A stretch of 64,000 bases of DNA from a phage: sequence record PZ445432.1; one strand, 5' to 3'. The position numbers and the translations under genes were made by a program. Positions 56,354 through 64,000 of the stretch are shown here, one piece after another. The notes beneath the pieces were generated by a model, which saw only the letters and a list, made by a program, of their open reading frames with translations, was not told the DNA's origin and made no database searches. Position 1 is the first letter of the stretch. Each line of letters starts with the position of its first letter.

Positions 56354-58024
56354 ATGGTTATTTCCGCAGAAAAACAAACCCAGATCCTCAACCTTGCCGC
56401 TGATTTCAATTTCTATGGTAAACGTCTGCGCGCTACTAAGCTGGAAGTTTGTGACGATATTTCAAAAGCTGTTTATGATACGCCGAAACATTCCACCGCT
56501 ATTTGTGACTGGTTGGAAGCAAATAAACCAGCGAAACCGAAAGCGGCGAAAGTAGCAAAAGCCATAAAAAACGATGACCGCCCTGAAGCCGCTGGAGTTA
56601 TTTCTAGCACGGTGGAGCAATGGGAAGTAAAACAAGGCAAACGCTTTATCATTACATCGATTCAGAATAATACTTTCCCGCATAAAAACTTTTTGGCCGC
56701 GCTTGAACAATATGCCCAATTTATTGGAGCTGATTTGCTGGTTAGCAAGTATATTTATAATAAAAACGGTTTTCAAAATGGGGAAGGGGCAGACGGAATC
56801 AAATATGATTCTGCATTTGACAAATATATTTGCAGCAAAAACGTGTTTTTAAATAACCGCCGCTTTGCTTTCATGGCTGAAATTAATGTTTTGCCAACCG
56901 CAGATTATCCGCTATCTGGATTTGCTGAAACTGCAACCGCGCTTAATCTGGAAGGTCTGGCAATTGGTCACGCTAAAATCACCGCCGAAAGCGTGCCAGC
57001 TTTAAAAGGTGAAGTAGTGCGCCGCATGTATTCAACCGGAACGGCAACGCTAAAAAATTACATTCAGCAGAAGGCAGGGCAAAAAGCGGAAGCGTTACAT
57101 AATTTTGGTGCGCTGATTGTCGAGTTCGACGAGGACGGAGAATTTTTTGTTCGCCAGCTTGAAACGATGGACGAAAGCGGCGTTTTTTACGATTTGAATA
57201 TTTGCGCCACTCCCACCGGATGCTATGAAACAACGGGGCACGTTTTAGGTTTACAGTATGGTGACATCCACGCTGAAAAATTAGATGAAGAGTGCGCCGC
57301 TGCATCATGGGGGCATGGTGATACCTATGGGCTTGTGGATATTCTCAAACCAAAATATCAATTCGTCCATGACGTGCATGATTTTACATCACGCAACCAT
57401 CACAACCGCGCCTCCGGTGTATTCCTAGCAAAACAGTACGCCGCCGGACGTGATAAGGTTCTGGATGATCTTATCGATACGGGGCGCGTACTGGAAGCAA
57501 TGGAGCGTGATTTCTCTCAAACAATCATTGTTGAATCGAATCACGATCTGGCGTTATCCCGCTGGCTTGATGATCGTAATGCTAACATTAAAGACGACCC
57601 AGCAAACGCGGAACTATATCACCGCCTGAATGCCGCGATTTACGGAGCTATCGCAGAAAAAGACGAAACCTTCAACGTGCTTGATTATGCGTTGCGCAAG
57701 GTTGCAGGTTGCGAGTTTAACGCCATTTTCCTAACGACTGACCAATCTTTCAAGATTGCAGGCATTGAATGCGGCGTACACGGTCACAATGGCATTAACG
57801 GGAGTCGTGGCAATCCTAAACAGTTTAAGAAATTGGGCAAATTAAACACGGGGCATACTCATACGGCAAGCATTTACGGCGGTGTATATACCGCTGGCGT
57901 TGCTGGTAGTCTGGACATGGGTTACAACGTTGGCGCGTCAAGCTGGACGCAAACGCATATTATTACCTATGTAAACGGTCAGCGCACTTTGATTGACTTT
58001 AAGAATGGTAAATTTTTCGCATAA
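56354..58024 (+). CDS. A1: pre-early protein A1-like (metallophosphatase-like motifs)
   Basis: 556 aa as recalled for T5 A1; GDIHAE and GHNG...GHTHTA motifs; synteny with A2-like and dmp-like genes. Confidence 0.7.
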   Translation: MVISAEKQTQILNLAADFNFYGKRLRATKLEVCDDISKAVYDTPKHSTAICDWLEANKPAKPKAAKVAKAIKNDDRPEAAGVISSTVEQWEVKQGKRFIITSIQNNTFPHKNFLAALEQYAQFIGADLLVSKYIYNKNGFQNGEGADGIKYDSAFDKYICSKNVFLNNRRFAFMAEINVLPTADYPLSGFAETATALNLEGLAIGHAKITAESVPALKGEVVRRMYSTGTATLKNYIQQKAGQKAEALHNFGALIVEFDEDGEFFVRQLETMDESGVFYDLNICATPTGCYETTGHVLGLQYGDIHAEKLDEECAAASWGHGDTYGLVDILKPKYQFVHDVHDFTSRNHHNRASGVFLAKQYAAGRDKVLDDLIDTGRVLEAMERDFSQTIIVESNHDLALSRWLDDRNANIKDDPANAELYHRLNAAIYGAIAEKDETFNVLDYALRKVAGCEFNAIFLTTDQSFKIAGIECGVHGHNGINGSRGNPKQFKKLGKLNTGHTHTASIYGGVYTAGVAGSLDMGYNVGASSWTQTHIITYVNGQRTLIDFKNGKFFA

Positions 58025-58079
58025 TTAAATTATTCCCTAGCGGCTTGAAATATAGCCGCTATTACAGGAGCCACAAAAA

Positions 58080-58370
58080 ATGAAAATTAATTTACCTAGC
58101 AATGAATTTTCCCCTAAAACTTCTTTACTAGATGATATTTCTTATCAAGATGCTTATATAAATGAGGAAGTATATCGCGCTTGTTCTGACCTCCTAGAAT
58201 ATCCCGATTATCCAATCTATAAAGGTGATTTCATTATACCCGTTTATAATGGTGTGCTAGTAGTAGGCAAAGCTGGGGTTATTGTTATAGATAGTTGTAC
58301 ATTGTCACAAGAAACGTTTAAAGTGCCACTAGAGTTAACTAATTATTCTCCTAGTATTACAGTACAATAA
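58080..58370 (+). CDS. hypothetical protein
   Basis: ORF from track. Confidence 0.45.
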   Translation: MKINLPSNEFSPKTSLLDDISYQDAYINEEVYRACSDLLEYPDYPIYKGDFIIPVYNGVLVVGKAGVIVIDSCTLSQETFKVPLELTNYSPSITVQ

Positions 58371-58407
58371 ATTAAGTCCCTTATTAAACTAATTGGAGTT
58401 TATAAAT

Positions 58408-58800
58408 ATGAAAAAGCAAAATATCCCATTCGATCGCGCTCAGTCTTCTATCGTTCTGGTTTATTCTAATGGTGCGCGGTATCACGTCGAGGCCGGTCAC
58501 GTTGTCGATGACTTAATCGAGTTTAATGACGTTTTGCAGGTTACTACTTTCGCCTATACCACGGGCAAGCTATCCAGCCGCATCAAGGCGAAAGGCGTTC
58601 ACATTGACACGATGAAACAAGAAACCATCATTATTGACGCGGTAAAATCCGGCCTAGCCTTTGCAGTTGTCGCGCCTTGCCCCGCTTGCCTTGATGATCA
58701 GCTAATGAGCGCAAAAGTATTTACTTGTGCGGGGATTCGTTCCGATGTATCAGGTGAAGATATTAGTTTTATCGCTGATGCGCTGGCTTATGGTCTTTGA
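58408..58800 (+). CDS. A2: pre-early protein A2-like
   Basis: ~130 aa between A1 and dmp; start at ATG after GGAG RBS. Confidence 0.5.
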   Translation: MKKQNIPFDRAQSSIVLVYSNGARYHVEAGHVVDDLIEFNDVLQVTTFAYTTGKLSSRIKAKGVHIDTMKQETIIIDAVKSGLAFAVVAPCPACLDDQLMSAKVFTCAGIRSDVSGEDISFIADALAYGL

Positions 58801-58880
58801 TAGTTGATTTATTATTGCCCGCTGATAAATAGCGGGCAATGCTGGATAAACTAAATCCCTTTAATGGAGAACGTAACAAA

Positions 58881-59615
58881 ATGAATCAAGTTAAAACGAA
58901 TATTACCCGTAATTTCCCGCATGTTTCCCGCGTCATGATCTGGGATCTGGATGGCACTATCGTTAACTCATTCCATCGCGTAGCGCCTTGCTTTGATAGT
59001 GATGGTAATCTAGATCTGAATAAGTATAAAAATGAAGCGTGCAAACATGATTTAATAATGCAAGATACTTTATTGCCGCTTGTTACATATATGCGCCAAT
59101 GCATGAATGACGCAAATACTTTAAACATTATTTGTACCGCTCGACTGATGAGCAAGTCGGACTATTATTATTTGCGCAAACAAGGCTTGCGAGGGCGTGG
59201 GAATAGCAATATCCGTGTATTTTCCCGCGATACACTGCATAAGTATTTTGAAGCTGATAAAGTTAGCGAAATATACCACAGTAAGGACGCAGTTTATAAA
59301 AGCCACTACTTTGAGTTATTTAAGCAGTTATATCCGAACGCTGATTTCACGATGATAGACGATCATAAAGGTGTGCTAGCAGCGGCGGCATCATACGGAT
59401 TTAAAACGTTGGACGCGCAAGCCGTTAACGATATTCTATCAATCGGTGTTACATTGATAGGCGAAACCTTTATCGACGAATCTCTTGAGGATGATAATGA
59501 TTATCAGTTCCTAGTCGATCGCTTGCAATTATGTTGGGAAAGTATGACCGAGGAAGAACGCGCAGAATATAGTTGCAGCCCGCAACAATATATCGAGAAA
59601 CTAAAAGTTGCATAG
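58881..59615 (+). CDS. dmp: 5'-deoxyribonucleotidase (HAD family)
   Basis: MIWDLDGTIVNS HAD motif I; 244 aa from the internal ATG with GGAG RBS. Confidence 0.7.
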   Translation: MNQVKTNITRNFPHVSRVMIWDLDGTIVNSFHRVAPCFDSDGNLDLNKYKNEACKHDLIMQDTLLPLVTYMRQCMNDANTLNIICTARLMSKSDYYYLRKQGLRGRGNSNIRVFSRDTLHKYFEADKVSEIYHSKDAVYKSHYFELFKQLYPNADFTMIDDHKGVLAAAASYGFKTLDAQAVNDILSIGVTLIGETFIDESLEDDNDYQFLVDRLQLCWESMTEEERAEYSCSPQQYIEKLKVA

Positions 59616-59630
59616 TAATTAAAGTTGATA

Positions 59631-59670
59631 TTGTTTCACCTTGCAATTAAAATGGTTGCAAGGTGAAACA
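59631..59670. terminator. 15-bp perfect inverted repeat hairpin between convergent genes
   Basis: tgtttcaccttgcaa ...10 nt... ttgcaaggtgaaaca; no T-tract. Confidence 0.45.
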
Positions 59671-59790
59671 GTTAGCATGATAATAGTAACGGGGGTGGCG
59701 GTTAGCAGACTAAGTATTTTCGCCCAGCCCACTGCACCCACCCACGCGTACGTAATCCAAAGAATTTGGCAAAAGTCATTTTAGCGCTAA

Positions 59791-60330
59791 TTACCTGTTT
59801 AATTGGGCAACGTCTGGTATACTTCCTTTGAACATCTCCTGTATTGCAAAGTCACCATGAAATGTCCTTCTTAGTAAATTTGCATAATTTACGGCATCTT
59901 CTAATTCGCTATAGGGAAAGTACTTAGTAGTGCCCCTTATCAGCCCCTGTTTATCGTGTAATCTTACCATCCACTTCTGAAGTTCTTTATGCCATGTAAC
60001 ATTTAGATAGCCTGATGATGCTCTTGAGATTCTGCCATTATGATTATTCTCTGTAATTGAAGCCTCTCTTAAATTTGACCATCTATTATTTAGTTTATTC
60101 CTATCTATGTGGTCTACACATTCCTCTGGCCATCTATTCTCCATAATAACAAAAGCTACTTGATGTGCATAAGCTTTAAACCCTCGATACTTGAGCTGCC
60201 TATATCCCCTATTTAAAGTACCTGCTTCTTTACCCTTACGATTGCCGCTTTTCCAGGTAAAAACTCCAGTTTCGGGGTCATAAGCAAATACTTCTTGTAT
60301 TTCCTGTATATTTAGATTATTCTTCACCAT
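59791..60330 (-). CDS. HNH homing endonuclease
   Basis: VDHIDRNKLNNRWSNLRE HNH signature; N-terminus paralogous to the other HNH ORFs. Confidence 0.7.
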   Translation of the reverse strand: MVKNNLNIQEIQEVFAYDPETGVFTWKSGNRKGKEAGTLNRGYRQLKYRGFKAYAHQVAFVIMENRWPEECVDHIDRNKLNNRWSNLREASITENNHNGRISRASSGYLNVTWHKELQKWMVRLHDKQGLIRGTTKYFPYSELEDAVNYANLLRRTFHGDFAIQEMFKGSIPDVAQLNR

Positions 60331-60372
60331 GAACCTCCATGTGTAATCTTATGAAATTTGGCAAAAGTCAAA

Positions 60373-60618
60373 TTAGTGCATAGAAGGGTCATCAAACCTG
60401 TGTTCTGGTCTAAACTCACGGAATCTCTTCCGCGACGCCCGAGAACCATCATTCCACTCCCGTTCAAACTCCGCACGTTTCTCATCGAACTTCCGCTCCC
60501 TTTCCGCAATCTCCCGCGATACTTCCGCAATATATTTACGATGCCTGTCGATAGCCGCAGTCATCCCGAAAACTCCCGCAAGTACCCCGATAATAAAAGC
60601 AATTATAATACTAAACAT
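60373..60618 (-). CDS. membrane-anchored hypothetical protein
   Basis: N-terminal TM helix then charged region. Confidence 0.4.
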   Translation of the reverse strand: MFSIIIAFIIGVLAGVFGMTAAIDRHRKYIAEVSREIAERERKFDEKRAEFEREWNDGSRASRKRFREFRPEHRFDDPSMH

Positions 60619-60805
60619 CTAATTCCCTCTCAATTTGCAGAATACGGGTGCTACCACAACGTTGCAGTAGTACTAGCTTTTCTAGAGCAACTTGTTGTTG
60701 TTTTACTTGAGCTTCTAGAGTTTTTAGGCGAACATACGCGTTATAAGAAACAATGAAAGTTGCCCAGACTAGTATTACTATTAGTGTAGCTACTATTTCC
60801 ATCAT
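60611..60805 (-). CDS. small TM/coiled-coil peptide (tandem paralog family)
   Basis: MEIVATLIVILVW... TM helix followed by LEAQVKQQQ coiled-coil. Confidence 0.4.
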   Translation of the reverse strand: MMEIVATLIVILVWATFIVSYNAYVRLKTLEAQVKQQQVALEKLVLLQRCGSTRILQIERELDV

Positions 60806-60908
60806 TTACGCTTCTCCGTTAATAAGGTTTCAATTCTAGCTAAGTGATTATCTAAAATACATTGCCCGATAATCACAATCCCTAGTAGTGCAATAATTAC
60901 CCATTCCA

Positions 60909-61094
60909 TTATTTACGCTCCTCTAATAAAGTTTCAATTCTAGATAATCTATTGCTCAACTGCATTAATTTAACCTCTACTTGGGTTACAGAGGTATCTA
61001 TTACACGTAAGCCTACAAAGAGAAGTATTAGTAAGACGAATATGCCAATAATTACCCATTCCATTAAATCCACCCCGCCATAGCTGCTAACCAA
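60909..61094 (-). CDS. small TM/coiled-coil peptide (tandem paralog family)
   Basis: MEWVIIGIFVLLILLFVG... then RLSRIETLLEERK; a third 35-aa copy lies at ~60808-60910. Confidence 0.4.
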   Translation of the reverse strand: MVSSYGGVDLMEWVIIGIFVLLILLFVGLRVIDTSVTQVEVKLMQLSNRLSRIETLLEERK

Positions 61095-61368
61095 AAACCT
61101 ACGAAAATAAAGAATAGAATAGTTCCGAATCCAAAGCTATTAATCCAGCTATCGTACACTTCCCCACGTCTACTTTTTCTTCTGTTTGACATATCTTTCA
61201 TGCTCCTATAAGTGCGGTATTTGAAATATTCTATAACTTGTGCACAACCAACCGTGCCTATGAACTCCTAGAAGGACTTCTACTTTTCCTACCTAGTGGT
61301 TTCTGCCAGTACACCATCCGAGAAATAAAAAATTTAGTTTACTTGGATGTCTTTTTGCTTTATACTAA

Positions 61369-61635
61369 TTACAGGTAGTTAGATTGCTCTAGTTTAAATT
61401 TACAATCACCGTATTTAAGATCAAACTGACTGAGATCCCACCACCCAAACTTAGTACGGAGCTGTACTACTGGAAAGCGATCTCCCTTAATACGAACTTT
61501 TTGAACCTTGAGGCCGTAATGCTCCTCCCCAGCACCGCCAAAAGATTTTACAAATCCCGTACAAAATGGTTTGGGAGCAGGTGCACAACCAGATAACATA
61601 GCTGCGGCAACTAGTGCAATTACAAACTTTTTCAT
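61369..61635 (-). CDS. llp: Llp-like lipoprotein (receptor-blocking superinfection exclusion candidate)
   Basis: lipoprotein signal with lipobox LSGC; divergent from and adjacent to the putative receptor-binding protein gene. Confidence 0.6.
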   Translation of the reverse strand: MKKFVIALVAAAMLSGCAPAPKPFCTGFVKSFGGAGEEHYGLKVQKVRIKGDRFPVVQLRTKFGWWDLSQFDLKYGDCKFKLEQSNYL

Positions 61636-61659
61636 ATTTATCTCTCCATTTCTAATTTA

Positions 61660-61702
61660 TGAATCTATTATAGCAAAATAGAGGGATGAAAGCAAATACA
61701 TT
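61660..61702 (-). promoter_or_regulatory. conserved early sigma70 promoter driving the llp-like gene
   Basis: minus strand: aaaaatgtatttgctttcatcc ... gctataat. Confidence 0.55.
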
Positions 61703-61720
61703 TTTATAATAGGAGATTAT

Positions 61721-63508
61721 ATGGGTTTTTTCGCTGGAAAATATAGTGATGGTAAAACTGTATTATCACTAAACAAGGTGAATGGGGGGGATATTAATGC
61801 TCACAAAACTCCTAACGCCAATACTATATTTCATTCTGACATGCCATTTGTTCTAGTTGAGAGTACGTATGAGAGTGCGTTAAGTAGTGCTGGTAATGGG
61901 TTCTTTGTATGTCAAATGCCTTCTGATATAGCTAATTTAAAGAGCAACGACCCTGGTAGAGTTATACTAACCGCTGTTGAGATAAACGGTACACATAGAG
62001 CTTTTCTTAATGGTACTCAATCCCAGGTTGGGCAGTTCTCAGCATTTTTCGAGGATTTTGCTAGTGGTAGGGCTGGTGCTGAATTATCTGTAACATCTGC
62101 TTTTGCGATCGGTGATAGTTTAGCACACGGTACTTATACTTATAACTCTGGTTTAGGCCATGAGGAATCTATTGCTCGACAAGGTTCTGGGGGCAGTTTA
62201 CTACAGGCCTCTGGGTTCCTGATCTATAGACCTGGTGGTGTTTCTGCTGGTGAAGCCATTTCCAGAGCCTGGAATCTTATGGGTTTTCCAGCGGGTGTCT
62301 CTACTGTTCCTTTAGATAGTAATCACGCAGATTATTGGGAGCCTAACTGGCAGGCACCTATTGGGTCTGCTGGTAGAGGTCACAATTGGTTTTATGTTTG
62401 TAACTCCAATATTCGTGGCTTTGCAGGTAAGAAAGGTGTATTACCAAATAACGTAAACGTTATTTATAAATCCCCCGCATACCCAGAAAAAATCTATGTT
62501 TGTAGAGGTTCTACCTCTAACTTAGCGAATCAAAGTGCTAAAAAAATGATTGTACAAGATAATTTTAATGTAACTCCAACTAAGGTTATTTGGTACGTAT
62601 TGAATCTTAAGTACTCTAATGGGGGTATGAGTGTTGCTAGTAATCCCTTTACTGGATCCGATATTCATATAAGTCCATCTAACTTTACTATAAAAGGTGT
62701 TAGTCTTCCAAACACTAGCTACAAATTCATTAATCAGAATGCTTTTGGTAATTTAGCGTCTAGACCTGATATGGAGTATGTTGGTAATAACGCTGCGTAT
62801 ACCGGAGTTTTTGGTGATAATACTGCAAGATGTGAAATTGTAGGTTCTAATAAAGGCTCTTTATGGTCTCCAGTAGATTATGGTGGTTCTAAGTCTCAGA
62901 TAAGTATTTACAAATTCTCTGCTGGTAAGCAATGGTATGTTAATTCCAACAATAATACTATAGGTAATGAGCATGGAGTTGTTTGGGGACCCTCTTCAGT
63001 ACCTTTACGATTACTACCAAATAACGTAGCCAGTACTTATATAGGTGATGACATAAACCCTTCTTACCCGGGTACAGGTAACAAGTATGTAGCCTTATCC
63101 ACAGTAAGTCTTGGACTACCAAATGCAAACTCTACAGTAATCCTAACTACTGAAGTAGTTGCTGGAAATCTTAATACTGCTGGAATGCCTGTGCGTACTT
63201 ACAGTGGTAGCGCTTGGCAGGTACAAGGTAGACGTAAACAAAGTTACACAGCTGGTGATGGCATATTCCATCAAATATTAACTTTACCACCCAACCATCT
63301 AGTACCATTCCATACTACAGCTTCCTATAGCTATGCACAAACTCAGGCTAGTAGGCCTGATGATTTAACATTTACTAGAAATGGGTTTATTTATACTATT
63401 AAAAATTTGGGTAACGGTAACGTTGAGTTGGGTGTAGTTATACATGCTGCGGAAGCGGCAGCTGTTTTCTTACCAAGACTACGTGTAACAGTTCAACGCC
63501 TTACCTAA
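61721..63508 (+). CDS. putative receptor-binding tail protein (pb5/Oad-like)
   Basis: 595 aa; placed divergently next to the llp-like gene as in T5; Gly/Ser/Asn-rich beta-type composition. Confidence 0.55.
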
Positions 63509-63518
63509 AGGAGGAAAT

Positions 63519-64000
63519 ATGGCAAATGATGTATTAGTACCAGATCTTATGTCCCCTGAAGGGATGGATGTAATTGAAGCATATTTACAGTGTGGCAGCG
63601 ATGTGCCTTCTGCCGCACGTAGTCTTGGAATGTCTGAAATTGCTTTCCGAGATATTATGAATCGTAGCGAAGTTAAAAACTACTTAAATGATATTTTTAT
63701 GGAGAGTGGTTTCCGTAATAGAGATCGTTTATTTGGTGTTCTAGATGAAGTTATTAAGCGTAAACTAGAGGAACTGGAAGAAACTGGCATGGGTTCTGAC
63801 CAAGATATTATGGATATTCTCTGGAAAGCACATAAAATGAAAATGGAAGAAATGAAAATGATGGTAGAACTGGAGAAAGTGAAGGCAGCAGCCCGCACTC
63901 CAGCTAACCAGACCAACATCCAGAATAATATTATTGCTGGAGCTGGGGATCAAAACTACATGGACTTAATTACTTCCCTAGCTACTGGAGGTAAGAAGTA
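63519..64000 (+). CDS. hypothetical protein, partial (runs off window end; HTH-like N-terminus)
   Basis: GGAGG RBS; [20 protein letters not shown]-like segment; 3' end truncated. Confidence 0.45.

Overview
This window reads as a T5-like (Tequintavirus) phage genome segment, assigned from gene content and from a promoter at 2578-2625 (minus strand) that matches the T5 PN25 promoter as I recall it; no database search was run. From left to right it holds: (1) early replication and nucleotide-metabolism genes (UL9-like SF2 helicase, Sir2-like, nrdD, phoH, nrdA-HNH-nrdB, frd, thyA, rnhA); (2) a long run of small early genes, most behind a copy of one conserved sigma70 promoter, interleaved with a tRNA cluster at 25.4-31.6 kb (12 tRNAs folded by hand, 3 unresolved tRNA-like elements, two ORF-free candidate RNA regions); (3) a GrcA-like glycyl-radical gene, dNMP kinase, ClpP-like protease, holin-like gene plus endolysin, and two metallophosphatases; (4) a gene-poor 48.9-54.7 kb region with dense direct-repeat arrays, palindromes and two ~110-bp inverted modules carrying DnaA-box 9-mers that bracket a 3.5-kb block of small minus-strand genes; (5) pre-early genes A1, A2 and dmp, an HNH endonuclease, tandem small membrane peptides, an Llp-like lipoprotein and a 595-aa putative receptor-binding tail protein. 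The gene order suggests the terminal repeat is present once, so the window probably spans the late-region / terminal-repeat / early-region junction of a collapsed or permuted assembly. All tRNA folds, motifs and coordinates were worked out by eye and should be verified computationally.
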